Shown here piece after piece: positions 10,680-23,740 of a stretch of DNA of 42,299 nucleotides (positions within the stretch are counted from its first letter, which is position 1; each line of letters begins with the position of its first letter). The notes beneath the pieces are model-generated. The model searched no databases. It saw only the letters and a list, made by a program, of their open reading frames with translations, and was not told where the DNA came from. The position numbers were made by a program, and so were the translations under genes. The stretch covers positions 11,738,580 through 11,780,878 of the forward strand of contig NC_057755.1 of assembly GCF_004010195.1 (NCBI RefSeq), given 5' to 3'. Source of the DNA: Chiloscyllium plagiosum. Taxonomy: Eukaryota.

Positions 10680-13455
10680 GGTTTCTGGTTCATAGAAACC
10701 CCCAGAATGTTGATTGTGTGACATTCCGTGACAGGAATTCCATTGAAAGTATAGGGATGATGAATAGGTTTGATGTTGTTGGAGATGGTCATTGCCCAGC
10801 ACTTCTGTGGCGCGAATGTTATTTGCCACTGCCAGCCTGAGCCAGGTCCACGTCTTGCTGCAATGGACTGCTTAAATAGCTGAGGAGTTGTGAGTGGTGC
10901 TGAACATTGTGCAATCATCAGCAAACAACCCTCTCTGACCTTATTATGGAGGAAAAGTCTTGAATGCAGTAGTTAAAGATGTTTGGGCCGAGGGAATTAC
11001 CCTGAGGAACTCATGCCAAAATGTCCTGGATTTAAGATGATTGACCTCCAGAAACCGCAAGCATGCACCTTTGTGTTGGATATGGAATTTCCCCCCAAAT
11101 TCCCAAAGAATTTGCTATGGTTGTCTCTGTCAGATGCTACCTCATCACACTTTTGGAGTTCAGATCTTTTGTCCTTACTTGGACCAACTCTGTACAGAGG
11201 TTGGAGCCTGAGCAACCCTGGCAGAACCTCTACTGCGCATCAGTGAACAGCTTATTGTGAAGCAAGTGCTTAAAAGCCCTGTTGATGACTTCTTCCATCG
11301 CTTGACTGATGATTGAGATTAGGCTAATGTGGCGCAAATTTTTTGGGTTGGATTTATCTGCTTTTTATGTACAGCAAATATCTCTACAATTTTTCATGTA
11401 GTTAGGTAGATGCCAGGAGCTGTACCTGAACAGCTTAACTCAGGGTACAGCAAGTTCTCGAGCGCAAGTCTTCAGTGCTATTGTAGGAATGTGGTCAGGA
11501 CCTGTAGCCTTTGCAGAATCCAGTGCCTTCTGTTCAATGCTTGACATTATGCGGAGTTGGCTGAAGACTAGCCTCTGAGATGCTGAGGCTATCAGAAGGA
11601 GACCAAGATGGATTCTCCCACCTAATACTTATGGTTGATGGCTGCAAAAGCTTTATATTTTGCATTAGTGTGCAGGGCTCTCCCTTCATTGAAAATTAGG
11701 ATTTTAGTGAAGCCACTGCCTCCAGTAAGTTGTTTACTTATCCACCACCATTCTCAACTGGATGTGGCAGGACTGCAGAGGTTTGATCTGACCTTTTGTT
11801 TGTGGAATGGTTTAGCCCCGTCTGTCACTTCATATTTTCCTCACCAATAGCTTTACCAGTTTGACACCTCATATTTAAGTATGCCTGGTGCTGCTCCTGG
11901 CAGAATTGATTCTTTGGTTTGATGGTAATGGTAGAGTAGGAAATACGTTGTTGGAGTATGATTCTGCTGCTGGTAATTGCCCACAGTGCATCATTGCTTG
12001 TCTTGATTTACTGGATCTGTTAGGTTTATCCTGTTTAGGATTGTGGTAGTACCAAATTTGATAGTGATGTGTCTTCCTGATACTGTCACGTACGGATGCA
12101 TTGTGACAAGTAGATTAGTGTGGATATTGTCAAGTATGTTTTTCCCTCTTGGTTCCCTCCCCACCTGCTATCTAGCAGCTATGTCCTTTGGGATTTGAAT
12201 AGCTCCGTCAGTAATGATACTGCCAAGCTGGTTCTACATAATCGAGATATACAGCAGGGAAACAGATCCTTCAGTCTAACTCGTCCATGCCGACCAGATA
12301 TCCTAAAGTAATCTAGTCTCATTTGCCAACTATCCATCCTGTTCATATACCCATTCAGATGCCTTTTAAATGTTGTAACTATACCAGCCTCCTCCATTTC
12401 CTCTAGCAGCTCATTCCATACACTCACTACCCTCTGCATAAAACGTTGCTCCTTGGGTCCCTTTTAAATCTTTCCCCTCTCACCTTAAACCTATGCCTTC
12501 TAATTCTGTACTCCCTCACCCCAGGGAAGATAACTTGTCTGTTTACCCTATCCCTTCATGATTTTGTAAACCTGGATAAAGAACACCTTTGCCTCCAACG
12601 TTCCAGGGAAAACAGCCTATTCAGCCTCTCCTATAGCCCAAACTCTCCAACTCTGGCAATGTCCTTGTCAGTCTTTTCTGAACCCTTTCAACTATCACAA
12701 CATCCTTCCTGTAACAGGGAGACCAGACTTTCACGCAATATTCCAACAGTGGCCTAACCAATGTCCTGTGCAGCCGTGACATGACTTCCCAACTCCTATA
12801 CTCAATACGTTGACCAATAAAAGAAAGCATACCAATCACTACCTTCACTATCCAATCTACCTGCGACTCTACTTTCAAGAAACTATGAACGTGCACTCCA
12901 AGGTCTCATTGTTCAGCAACACTCCCCAAAACCTTATCATTAAGTTTATAAGCCCTGCCCTGATTTGCCTTTCCAAAATGCAGCACCTCCCATTTATTAA
13001 AATGAAACTCCATCTGCCCATCTGATCAAGATCCTGTCGTACTCTGAGGTAACCTTTTTTGCTGTCCATTTTTGATGTTATCTGCAAACTTACTAACTGT
13101 GTACCTCCTATATTTACATCCAAATCATGTATATAAAGGGGTGAAAAGCAGTGAACCCAGCACTGATCCTTGTGGCACACCACTGGTTACAGGCCTCCAG
13201 TCAGCAAAGCAACCTTCCACCACCACACTGTCTTCTACCTTAGAGTAAGTTCTGTATCAAAATGGCTAGTTCTCCATGTGATCTAACCTTGCTAACCAAT
13301 TTACCATCAGGAACCTTGTCTGATGCCTTACTGAAGTCCATGTAGATTACGGCCACCGCTCTGCCCTCCTCAATCTTTTGTTACTTCAAAACACTCAATG
13401 AAGTTACTGGTGATGGACATTGAAATTCTCCACTTAGAATGCATTCTGTGCTGGG
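10680..13455 (-). mobile_element. Degraded LINE of a second (CR1/L2-group) family, interrupted by a CR1 copy
   Basis: Minus-strand FADDCTMFST RT motif at about 10900-10926. The sequence breaks at about 12235 and resumes at about 13407 (ggtgatggacattgaa). Confidence 0.75.
12236..13406 (-). mobile_element. 5'-truncated CR1 LINE (RT C-terminus and 3' end)
   Basis: RTLVRPLLEYCVKVWSPCYRKD and QRVVSVWNEL on the minus strand; homologous to 8500-9650. Confidence 0.92.
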
Positions 13456-13532
13456 AACCCCAAGCTAATATTTGAATGAAATTGAATTCCATCTATATAG
13501 AATGAACCTCAATTTATGAAATGATGGACATC

Positions 13533-13890
13533 AAGGGGAGACGGTGTATTGGCAATGCCACTGGACCAGTGTAACCAGTAGACACATGATTGCAGTGGCT
13601 AAAGGTTCAAATCCTACCACGGAAGCTGATGGAATTTCAATTTAGTTCATAAGACTGAAAAGCTTGCCTCAATGAAGTAAAAGTTTCCATTCAAACACAT
13701 CTGGTTCACCAGTGCCTATTAGTTATGGAAATTTGCCACCTTTCCCAGGTCTGGTCCACAATGAAACTCCAATGGGGTTGATTCTTAACTACCTTCTGAA
13801 ATGGTCTGGCCAAGCCCTCAATTTAGGGGAAGTTAGGTGTGGTAGCAAATGCTGGCCATACAGGTGATGCCCACATAACATGAAAGAACA
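13533..13890 (+). mobile_element. tRNA-derived SINE (non-HE1), diverged, full length
   Basis: ggggagacggtg head, B box ggttcaaatcc, body matches 440-570, tail aaatgctggcc...gatgcccacat. Confidence 0.7.
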
Positions 13891-13956
13891 AAGTACAATT
13901 AACATTGCGCTCAGAAACAATATTCCCCTGGTGGGGTTTCTCGAACTAGGACATAC

Positions 13957-14564
13957 TGTTACAGACCAGACAACCTCCAAATATTTTAAGAAGATAGCCT
14001 GGACCCTAGTTTTTTCCTGTTTTTAAAGGAAATGTGAAGTGTGTGTTCTAGACACAGTGCAACTAGTCAGACTACTCAATGTTAAGTAAAACACAATTCA
14101 TTTAAATACCTGCAGTTAATGTGCAGCCAATGAAAGAGAAGTTTAGAATAACTTAACGGAATAATAGATACAGTAACTAATACTAATTGGCTGTTCCAAT
14201 ATCGTAACATCCCGCAAACACACCCCTTGGCAAAATGGAAAATTCAGAGTCAGATTCTCACATGCAGTTCTCCAGTCTAGAAGGAAACAACATCATGAAA
14301 ATTCAGAGAGTAGCAGTTAGGAGGCATTCACTGAAGCTACCAAGTCTGTTGAGACCCCAATTATTTCATTTAAAGCTAAACTTAAAAACTCAGACATCTT
14401 GATCACTGAGAGCTGATCACAACCATTCAGGCTGTTTCAAAAAAGTCCCAACTCCTCCCAAGTTGTTTCCACTTGTGGTTCTGGTAGATTGCTTGGCCTG
14501 TATGCCTTACAATATTTCTTCAAAATAAAGGACAAAACAACTTCAAGTCAGACCAAAAATCACA
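13957..14564 (-). mobile_element. Solo LTR of the Gmr1-type family, inserted in an old CR1 3' fragment (about 13920-14830)
   Basis: TG...CA ends; TSD ATAC/ATAG. The reverse complement of 14170-14235 matches 23213-23270 (tttgccaagggtgtgttt...tattggaacag). Confidence 0.8.
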
Positions 14565-14777
14565 ATAGCCTCAATAAAGAGTGGATGATTTAGGACTGAA
14601 GATAAGGGAAATAGCCTAATCCTATTAATTGCTTTACTGAGGGTGGTGAGTATTTCGAATTTTCCACTCCAAAGAGGTGTGGGAACTCTGAGATTAAGTA
14701 GGTTCAAGACAGAAGTACGTTGATTTCTAGATATTCATGAGATTAAGAGGCGTAGAGATAGCTTGGTGACTAAATAA

Positions 14778-15046
14778 ACAATGATCTAAAATGGTGAAGC
14801 AGGTCAAGGGCCTGATTGGCCTTTTCCTGATCCAGATTACAATGGGGAGTGAGTGTGATGGTGGGAGATTATCGGTCAGGCCTAGAAAGGTGATTAGACA
14901 GTGGACAATGATCTAAAATGGTGAAGCAGGTCAAGGGCCTGATTGGCCTTTTCCTGATCCAGATTACAATGGGGAGTGAGTGTGATGGTGGGATTTGACT
15001 GGGTGGGAGATTATCGGTCAGGCCTAGAAAGGTGATTAGACAGTGG
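14778..15046 (+). repeat. Tandem duplication, 127 bp + 142 bp
   Basis: 14778-14904 and 14905-15046 are identical by eye except for 15 extra nt (tttgactgggtggga) in copy 2. Confidence 0.95.
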
Positions 15047-16787
15047 CATTTTTTAAAAGAAAGCAGATACCTGATCGTCTACAGAAGAAGAATCTGAGTG
15101 TCTCCCAAAATGTTGCAATCTTAAAAATCAAGTCTTGATGAGGAAATGAAGGGAAATAGGCAGATGTTCCCCAAGTGGTATTGCTGATGGGTTATAGAAG
15201 GGAGGTGCTGCAGTAACACATGAATTACCAGTAGGTGGTTATTTGGGCATAAGGAAAACTCAAGCCAAAATACAAAAACATTGTTGTTGGCTCTACTGCA
15301 TAAGGATGTGGTTGATTTTTGCCAAACGTGTCATAGATGTTAAGTACCTCAGCCAATAGTAAAACCAGCACCCTGAATCCCATTTCTGCATTTGAGGAAC
15401 ATTTTACAAGAATCTTGATTAATTGAATAGGACCCCTCCCTAAAACAAAAAGAAAGATTCAGTATTGTTAACCATAATGGATATGTCTACTAGATTTCCA
15501 GAGGCCATTCCAATACACAGTATCACAGCTAAAAAGATTGTAGGAGAGTTACTCTAATTAAAATGTTCAAGGGAGTTATGGGTATTTCAGAGATAAAACA
15601 ATTGAAATCTGCTGCATAATCTGCAGAATCGCAGGGAGCATTAGAATGGTGGCAACAAACTTTAAAGACCATATTGAGGGCTTATAGTCAAGACTATCCA
15701 GAGGATTGAGATGAAGGAATTTTGTTTGTAGCTATGCAATTAGGGATGAATCTACCAAATTCATGTGAATGTGCTGAAAAGGTATTTTGATAAGGGAAGT
15801 AGAGCAAATGGACACTGTGTTACTGGTGACAACACAAAGTAAAGAACCAAGTTCAGATGATTCTGAATTGGACATTCCTCAAGTTAGACAATGAACAAGT
15901 TCTCAAGAATTGGGATAAATTATTCAGTTACCTTTTCGAAGAAAATCAGAATGACCTGAAAGAGTTATGGAAATCACATGGGGAGATACACGGGAATAAG
16001 TTGGGAAGCACTAACTTGATTATTCATGAAGGTAAGGAAATGCTGTTCCAATTAAGCAACATTCTCATAAACTCAACAGTCTAAAGTTGGCACAGCTTCA
16101 AAAAGAGATTGAATGCATGCTCAAAGACAATTAAGTCAGGCCAAGAAAAATGTTTTTATATTTTGGCTTGAGTTTTCCTTACTCCCAAATAGCGAATGCA
16201 ACTCAACCATAGTAATGGTGCCAAAATCAGATGGTACCCAATGGTTTTGTGTGGACTGTCGCAAAGTTATTGCAGTTACAGTTATTGCATATCCTGTCCT
16301 ACATTTGGAAGACTATATTGAGAAGGTGGACGAGCAACTTACATTTTAAAGTTGGACTTGGACATGCCGAATGGACTGCACCAGTTTAAAGTCATGCCAT
16401 TTGGTATGAAAAATACGCTAGCCACATTTCAAAGACTAACCAGTAAAGTCATTTCAGGATTACCCAATTGTGAGGTGTGCATTGACAATCTGGTGATTTT
16501 TAGTCACCCATAGAAGGAACATTCAGATTATCTATCAGAATTATTCATTCCACTTAGGGAGGTGGGTTTGGTGATAAACCTGGCGAAGAGTGAGTTTGTA
16601 GAGGCCCAGTCACATTTCTGGGACCATGTCATTGGACATGGACAAATGGCCCCGTGAGAGATGAACCAAAAGTTTTCGGGAGTTTTCCATACCATCGAAG
16701 AGGAGTGTTACGATTCCTGAGACTGAGTGGTTTTTGTCAGAAGTTTGTACTGAATTTTAGCAACATGGTTGCTCCACTGACTGACTT

Positions 16788-16981
16788 AGAGTCATAGAAA
16801 TGTACAGCATGGAAACAGACCCTTTGGTCCAACCCGTCCATGCTGACCAGATATCCAAACCCAATCTAGTCCCACCTGCCAGCACCCGGCCCATATCTCT
16901 CCAATCCCTTCCTATTGATATATGCATCCAAATGCCTCTTAAATGTTGCAAAAGCACTAGCCTCCACCACTTCCTCTGGCA
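16788..16981 (-). mobile_element. Short CR1 3' end inserted in the Gmr1 pol
   Basis: agagtcatag tail on the left; GACTT duplicated at 16783-16787 and 16982-16986. Removing the insert restores APLTDLLKK. Confidence 0.9.
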
Positions 16982-19900
16982 GACTTGTTGAAGAAGTGCT
17001 GAAAATTTCAGTGGACAGAGGAATGTCAAGGTTTGGAAATGTGTTAAACATTGCCCCAGAGTTAGCCACACCTAATTGCTCAAAGCCATTCAAGATGGTT
17101 ATTGATGCAACTGATGTAGTTGTCGGTGCTTTCCTTTTGAAAAATGATGCGTAGGTAGAAAGACCTATTGAGTATTTTTCCAGAAAATTGAATGATCGAC
17201 AAAAATATTCACAAGTAAGACCTTTAGCTTGGTGCCGGCATTGCAATGTTTCAAAATTTATATTACCAGTAATCTGGCTAAGACAGTTTTATATACTGAT
17301 CATATCCTCTGAAAGTTTTTGGAAAAACTTAAATAAAGATACTGAACTGTTTAGATAGAGCTACTTATTGCAGCCAATCCATTTGAAAATTTACATAATT
17401 GAATTCTGGGTAATCCAAGATGGAGGACGGAAAAAGTTTCTGGCTGTAAGAACTGCACCTTTTTTTGAGGTATTTTAGGTGCTGCAGGTGATTTCCTCGA
17501 ATTTCAGGAGCAGCAATTACTGTTTCATATGCTGTTGCATTGTTTTGGAACTTTGGGGGAAAAAAAGTCAAAACAACAGCAGTTTTAAAAGGGAGAAGAA
17601 CAGACAAAGGAAGCACATGGTGAGGACAGTGCAGGAGAGAAAGAGAAAACCTGCACAGTTACTGCCTTTGCTGTTTTTGAATTCATGTATTGCTGGACAT
17701 CGGAGTGTGTCTGGGAAAATTAACAAACAGACTTTCACAACTAATCTTGGAGGAACCTGTTTTGGCGAAATTCACAACACAAAATCAGATAATTTAATCG
17801 TTTTAAGTCTGTCCAATAGAAAGGCTGTAGTAGTGAGTACTGTGGGTTCGTTCTTGATTATATGTTTTTGGAGATAAGTCTCTTGATTAAACTTAAAATA
17901 TAAGCCATAACTATTCATTTAACCTGGTGCAGTGTTTTGTAGAGGAATAAGACGGTGCTATTTTCTGGGTCTGTAGATTGTGAAGGAGCAAAAATGGCCT
18001 TTGCAGTGATATGTACTTCTTGTCAGATGTGGGAGTTTAAAGAGAGTTTAAGGGTTACTGCGAATTATATCTGCCATAAATGCTGTTGGATGCGAATCTT
18101 ATCAGATCGAATGGATCGGTTAGAGAGACAGTTAGAAGCGATGAGGAATTTGCAACAGCAACAGTATGTGATGGATGGCAGTTATAGGAAGGGGGGAATG
18201 TCTCAGATACAGTCACAGAGATGGGTTAACTCCAGGAAGGGTAAGAGGGGTAGGCACCTAGGGCAGGAGTCTTTTGTGGATACACCCATTTCAAACAGGT
18301 ATGCTGTTTTGGAAAATGTAGGGGGTGATGGATTCTCGGGAACGTAGCATGAACAGCCAAGTTCCTGGTATTGAGACTGGCTCTAATGCAATGAGGGGTA
18401 CGTCGGCTTCCAAAAGATCAATTGTGTTAGGGGATTCTGTAGTCTGAGGTAAAGACAGACGTTTCTGTGGCCAGCAGAGAAAAAGCAGAATGGTGTGTTG
18501 TTTCCCTGGTGCCTGGATCAAGGATATTCACAACTAATCTTGGAGGACTGTTGGGCGAAGTTCACAGCACAGAATCAGATAAGTTAATTGTTTAAGTCTG
18601 TCCAAGAGAGAGGCTGCAGTAGTGAGTATAGTGGATTCTTTCTTGTTTTTGGAGATAAGTCTCTTGATTAAACTTAAAATATAAGCCATAGCTATTAATT
18701 TAACCTGGGGCAGTGTTTGTAGAGGAATAAGATGGTGTTATTTTCTGGGTCTGTAGATTGTGAAGGAGCAAAAATGGCCTTTGCAGTGATATGTACTACT
18801 TGTCAGATGTGGGAGTTTAAAGAGAGTTTAAGGGTTACTGCGGATTATATCTGCCATAAATGCTGTAGAATGCGAACCTTATGAGATCAAGTGGATCGGT
18901 TGGCGAGACAGATAGAAGCGATGAGGAATTTGCAACAGCAACAGTATGTGATGGATGGCAGTTATAGGAATGGGAGAAAGTCTCAGATAAGTCACATAGA
19001 TAGGTTAACTCCAGGAAGGGTGAGAGAGATTGACACCTAGGGCAGGATTCTTTTGTGGATATACCCATTTCAAACAGGTATGCTGTTTTGGAAAATGTTC
19101 AAACAGGTATGCTGTTTTGGAAAATGTAGGGGGTGATGGATTCTCAGGGAACGTAGCACGAATAGCCAAGTTCCTGGTATTGAGACTGGCTCGAATGCAA
19201 TGAGGGGTACGTCGGCTTCCAAAAGATCAATTGTGTTAGGGGATTCTGTAGTCAGAGGTACAGACAGACGTTTCTGTGGTCAGCAGAGAAAGAGCAGAAT
19301 GGTGTGTTGTTTCCCTGGTGCCAGGATCAAGGATGTCTCAGAGAGGGTGCAGAATGTTCTCACGGGGGAGAGGGGCCAGCAGGAGGTCATTGTCCACATT
19401 GGAACCAACGATATAGGAAGAGAAAAGGTTGAGACTCTGAAGGGAGATTACAGAGAGTTTGGCAGAAATTTAAAAAGGAGGTCCTCAAGGGTAGTAATAT
19501 CTGGATTACTCCCAGTGCCACGAGCTAGTGAGGGCAGGAATAGGAGATAGAGCAGATGAATGCATGGCTGAGGAGCTGGTGTATGGGAGAAGGATTCACA
19601 GTTTTGGATCATTTGAGGTAGAAGTGACCTGAACAAGAAGGACGGATTGCACTTAAATTGGAAGGGGACTAATATACTGGCAGGGAAATCTGCTAGAACT
19701 GCTTGGGAGGATTTAAGGTGGAGGGGGAGGTGGGACCCAGGGAGATAGTGAGGAAAGAGATCAGTGAGACTGGTACAGTTGAGAACAGAAGTGAGTCAAA
19801 CAGTCAGGGCAGGCAGGGCAAGGTAGGACTAATAAATTAAACTGCATTTATTTCAATGCAAGGGGCCTAACAGGGAAGGCAGATGAACTCAGGGCGTGGT

Positions 19901-21068
19901 TAGGAACATGGGACTGGGATATCATAGCAATTACAGAAACACGGCTCAGGGATGGGTAGGACTGGCAGCTTAATGTTCCATGATACATATGCGACAGGAA
20001 GGATGGAAAGGGAGGCAAGAGAGGAGGGGGAGTGGCATTTTTGATAAGGGATAGCACTATTGCTGTGCTGAGGGAGGATATTTACAGAAATACATCCAGG
20101 GAAGTTATTTGGATGGAACTGAGAAATAAGAAAGAGATGATCACCTAGTATGGATTGTATTATAGACCCCCTAATCGTCAGAGGGAAATTGAGAAACAAA
20201 CTTGTCAGGCGATCTCTGCAATCTGTAAGAATAATAGGGTGGTTATGGTAGGGGATTTAAACTTTCCAAACATCGACTGGGACTGCCATAATGTTAAAGG
20301 TTTAGGTGGAGAGGAATTTCTTAAGTGCGTACAAGACAATTTTCTGATTCAGTATGTGGATGTACCTACTAGGGAAGGTGCAAAACTTGACATACAAGTC
20401 ACCTGGGCAGGTGACTGAGGTGTCAGTGGGGGAGCACTTTGGGGCCAGCAACCATAATTCTATTTGTTTTAAATTAGTGATGGAAAAGGATAGACCAGAT
20501 CTAAAAGTTGAAGTTCTAAATTGGAGGAAGGCCAATTTTGATGTATTAGGCAAGAACTTTCGAAAGCTGACTGGAGGCAGATGTTGGCAGGGAAAAGGAC
20601 ATCTGGAAAATGGGAAGCCTTCAGAAATGACATAATAAGAATCCAGAGAAAGTATATTCCTGTCAGGGTGAAAGGGAAGCTGGTAGGTATGGGGAATGCT
20701 GGATGACTAAAGAAATTTAGGGTTTGGTTAAGAAAAAGAAGGAAGCATATGTCAGGTATAGACAAGATAGATCGAGTGAATCCTTCGAAGAGTATATAGG
20801 AAGTAGGAGTATACTTAAGAGGGAAATCAGGAAGGCAAAAGGGGACATGAAATAGGGTTGGCAAATAGAATTAAGGAGAATCCAAAGGGTTTTTACAAAT
20901 ATATTAAGGACAAAAGGGTAACTTGGGAGAGAATAGGGCCCCTCAAAGATCAGCAAGGCGGTCTTTGTGTGGAGTCGCAGAAAATGGGGGAAGACGCTAA
21001 ATGAATATTTTGCATCAGTATTTAATGAGGAAAAGGATATGGAAGATATAGGCAGTAGGGAAATAGAT

Positions 21069-21217
21069 ATGTTGCTGGAAAAGCGCAGCAGGTCAGGCAG
21101 CATTCAAGGAGCAGGAGAATCGACGTTTCGTGCATAAACCCTTCTTTAGGAATCAGTTTCCAGCAACACATTTTTCAAGCACTGATCTCCAGCATCTGCA
21201 GTCCTCACTTTCTCCCT
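21069..21217. mobile_element. Fold-back Penelope-derived mini-element, copy 1
   Basis: 14-bp TSD GTAGGGAAATAGAT at 21055-21068 and 21218-21231; degenerate hammerhead motif on the minus strand at 21118-21153. Confidence 0.85.
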
Positions 21218-21844
21218 GTAGGGAAATAGATGGTGACACCTTACAAAATGTCCAGATTACAGAGGAGGAAGTGCTGGATGTCTTGAAACGGTTAAAAGTG
21301 GATAAATCCCCAGGACCTGATCAGGTGTAACCAGGAACACTCTGGGAAGCTAGAGAAGTGATTGCTGGGCCTCTTGTTGAGATATTTGTATCATCAATAT
21401 TCACAGGTGAAGTGCCGGAAGACTGGAGGTTGGCAAAGGTGGTGCCACCTTTTAAGAAGGGCGGTAAAGACAAACCAGGGAAGTATAGACCGGTGAGCCT
21501 GACCTTGGTGGTGGGCAAGTTGTTGGAGGGAATCCTGAGGGGCAGGATGTACATGTATTTGGAAAGGCAAGGACTGATTCGGGATAGTCAACATGGTTTG
21601 GTACATGGGAACTCATGTCTCACAAACTTGATTGAGTTTTTTGAAGAAGTAACAAAGAAGATTGATGAGGGCAGAGCGGTAGATGTGATCTATATGGATT
21701 TCAGTAAGGCGTTCGACAAGGTTCCCCATGGGAGACTGATTAGCAAGGTTAGATCTCATGGAATAAAGGGAAAACTAACCATTTGGATACAGAACTGGCT
21801 CAAAGGTAGAAGACAGAGGGTGGTGTGGAGGGTTGTTTTTCAGA

Positions 21845-22205
21845 NNNNNNNNNNNNNNNNNNNNNNNNNNNNNNNNNNNNNNNNNNNNNNNNNNNNNNNN
21901 NNNNNNNNNNNNNNNNNNNNNNNNNNNNNNNNNNNNNNNNNNNNNNNNNNNNNNNNNNNNNNNNNNNNNNNNNNNNNNNNNNNNNNNNNNNNNNNNNNNN
22001 NNNNNNNNNNNNNNNNNNNNNNNNNNNNNNNNNNNNNNNNNNNNNNNNNNNNNNNNNNNNNNNNNNNNNNNNNNNNNNNNNNNNNNNNNNNNNNNNNNNN
22101 NNNNNNNNNNNNNNNNNNNNNNNNNNNNNNNNNNNNNNNNNNNNNNNNNNNNNNNNNNNNNNNNNNNNNNNNNNNNNNNNNNNNNNNNNNNNNNNNNNNN
22201 NNNNN
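21845..22205. other. Assembly gap (361 N) inside the CR1 RT
   Basis: Run of n. Confidence 1.
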
Positions 22206-22891
22206 GTTCAGAAAAGATTTACAAGGTTGTTGCCAGGGTTGGAGGATTTGAGCTATAGGGAAAGGCTGAACAGGCTGGGGCTGTTTTCCCTGGAGCGTCG
22301 GAGACTGAGGAGTGACCTTATAGAGGTTTACAAAATTGAGGGACATGAATAGGGTAAATAGGTAAAGGGTCGGGGAGTCCAGAACTAGAGGGCATTGACT
22401 TAGTGTGAGAGGGGAAAGATATAAAGGAGACCTACGGGGCAACTTTTTCACGCAGAGGGTAGAACGTGTGTGGAATGAGCTGCTAGAGGAAATGGTGGAG
22501 GCTGGTACGATTGCAACATTAAAGAGGCATTTGGATGGGTATATGAATAAGAAGGGTTTGGAGGGATATGGGCCGGGTGCTGGCAGGGACTAGACTGGGT
22601 TGGGATATCTGGTCGGCATGGACAGGTTGGACCGTAGGGTCTGTTTCCATGCTGTACATCTCTATGACTCTATTAGTGGCAGGACAAGGGAACCTAATTG
22701 CCGATGCGTTGTCACAACTTCGATGAGGCATTCTATGGCAGGGAAAATGGATTGAAATAAACTGTACTTGTGAATGTTTGCATGAATAGAGTCACTGTAA
22801 CGTGTATGTATTGTAGTCTAATAAGGGAAGGCTAAAGGTTTTTAAAAATGAATCCATACATTGATGGTTCATTCTTTTTAAAGGGTGGAGG

Positions 22892-23487
22892 TAGGACGGT
22901 GCTAGCCTTTATGAAGTGTGTTTTTTCCTTTTTTTATAAAGAAAGGTTAAGACAGAGGTATTAAGCAGTCTGCTTAAAGCCAGTAGACAGCTTATGAGGC
23001 CTTGAGTTTTGTTTTAAAGTTAGAACAATAGAAGCAGCCTGAATGCCTGACTCCCACAGTAAAAGGATTTTTAGTTTTAGCATTTTGCAGTTGCTGGCAT
23101 CTTAAGCTGGATGTGAAAGCCCTTATTCCTTTTTCTATGACAGCTAAATGCTGGAGTTCTCTTCCTGCTGCTAGAATTGCATGTGAGATAATCTATTTTA
23201 CTGAATTTGCCTTTGCCAAGGGTGTGTTTATCGGATATTACTGTATTGGAACAGTTACTATTTAGTAGTTAAATAATCTATTCTTATATTAAATTTTGAG
23301 CTCGTCAGATTATTCTAATTTCCTCTTTCTTTCATTATATTTTAACCATTGTGTATGAATAAAATATGTTTTTCGTCAAGACTGGTAGTTTGACCGATCG
23401 AATTGCATCTAGAACACAATACCTGGCACATGCCTTCAAAATAAGGAAAAATTAAAGAGTAGACTGGGTTTGAGCTCGTTCACAACA
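22892..23487 (+). repeat. 3' LTR of the Gmr1-like element
   Basis: Preceded by the purine tract aaagggtggagg, contains AATAAA at about 23358, ends ACAACA; homologous to the solo LTR at 13957-14564. Confidence 0.72.
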
Positions 23488-23574
23488 GGCTCGCAAACAG
23501 TTTCTGTGCACTACTCTTCAATTCCATGGCTTTAGTTTTACACTTTGATCTCTTATTTGAGACTTTGTTGAAAC

Positions 23575-23740
23575 CTTATAGAGTCATACAGTGTGAAAAT
23601 AAACCAAAGGCTTCAACTCCTCCTTGCTGACCAAATTTCCCAAACTAATTGCCTGCCTTTGGCCCATATCCCTCCAAACCTTTTTTCTTCATGTACCTTT
23701 CCAAATGTCCTCAGGCAGTTCATTCCACATGAATCACTCT
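23575..23740 (-). mobile_element. CR1 3' end fragment
   Basis: tagagtcatac...tggcccatatccctccaaacc...ttcattcca. Confidence 0.75.

Larger units (their letters stand above)
17398..22674 (+). mobile_element. Near full-length CR1 LINE (5'UTR, ORF1 zinc finger/coiled coil + SGNH esterase, ORF2 APE+RT), pseudogenised
   Basis: ORF1 ICTSCQMWE..YICHKC..LERQLEAMR, IVLGDSVVRG..FPGA..VHIGTNDI. ORF2 VGDLNFPNIDW, KSPGPD, YMDFSKAFDKVPH. Tail ctctatgactcta. Confidence 0.95.
15050..23487 (+). mobile_element. Gmr1-like Ty3/Gypsy LTR retrotransposon relic (IN-RT-RNase H order) with 3' LTR, split by two CR1 insertions
   Basis: Integrase (LGIRKTQAKI, FCQTCHRC, IGPLPKTK, DMSTRFPEAIP) at about 15200-15750. RT ([34 protein letters not shown]) at 16100-16750. 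RNase H (PFKMVIDATD, IEYFSRKL) at 17040-17397, resuming as VAGQGNLIADALSQL* at 22676. Confidence 0.88.

Noticed and set aside
13957..14564. 5' LTR of the adjacent Gmr1 element
   Set aside because: Opposite orientation and it has its own TSD inside a CR1 fragment.
21358..22451. Long ORFs of 141-297 aa
   Set aside because: Inflated by the N gap; CR1 ORF2 has stops and frameshifts elsewhere.
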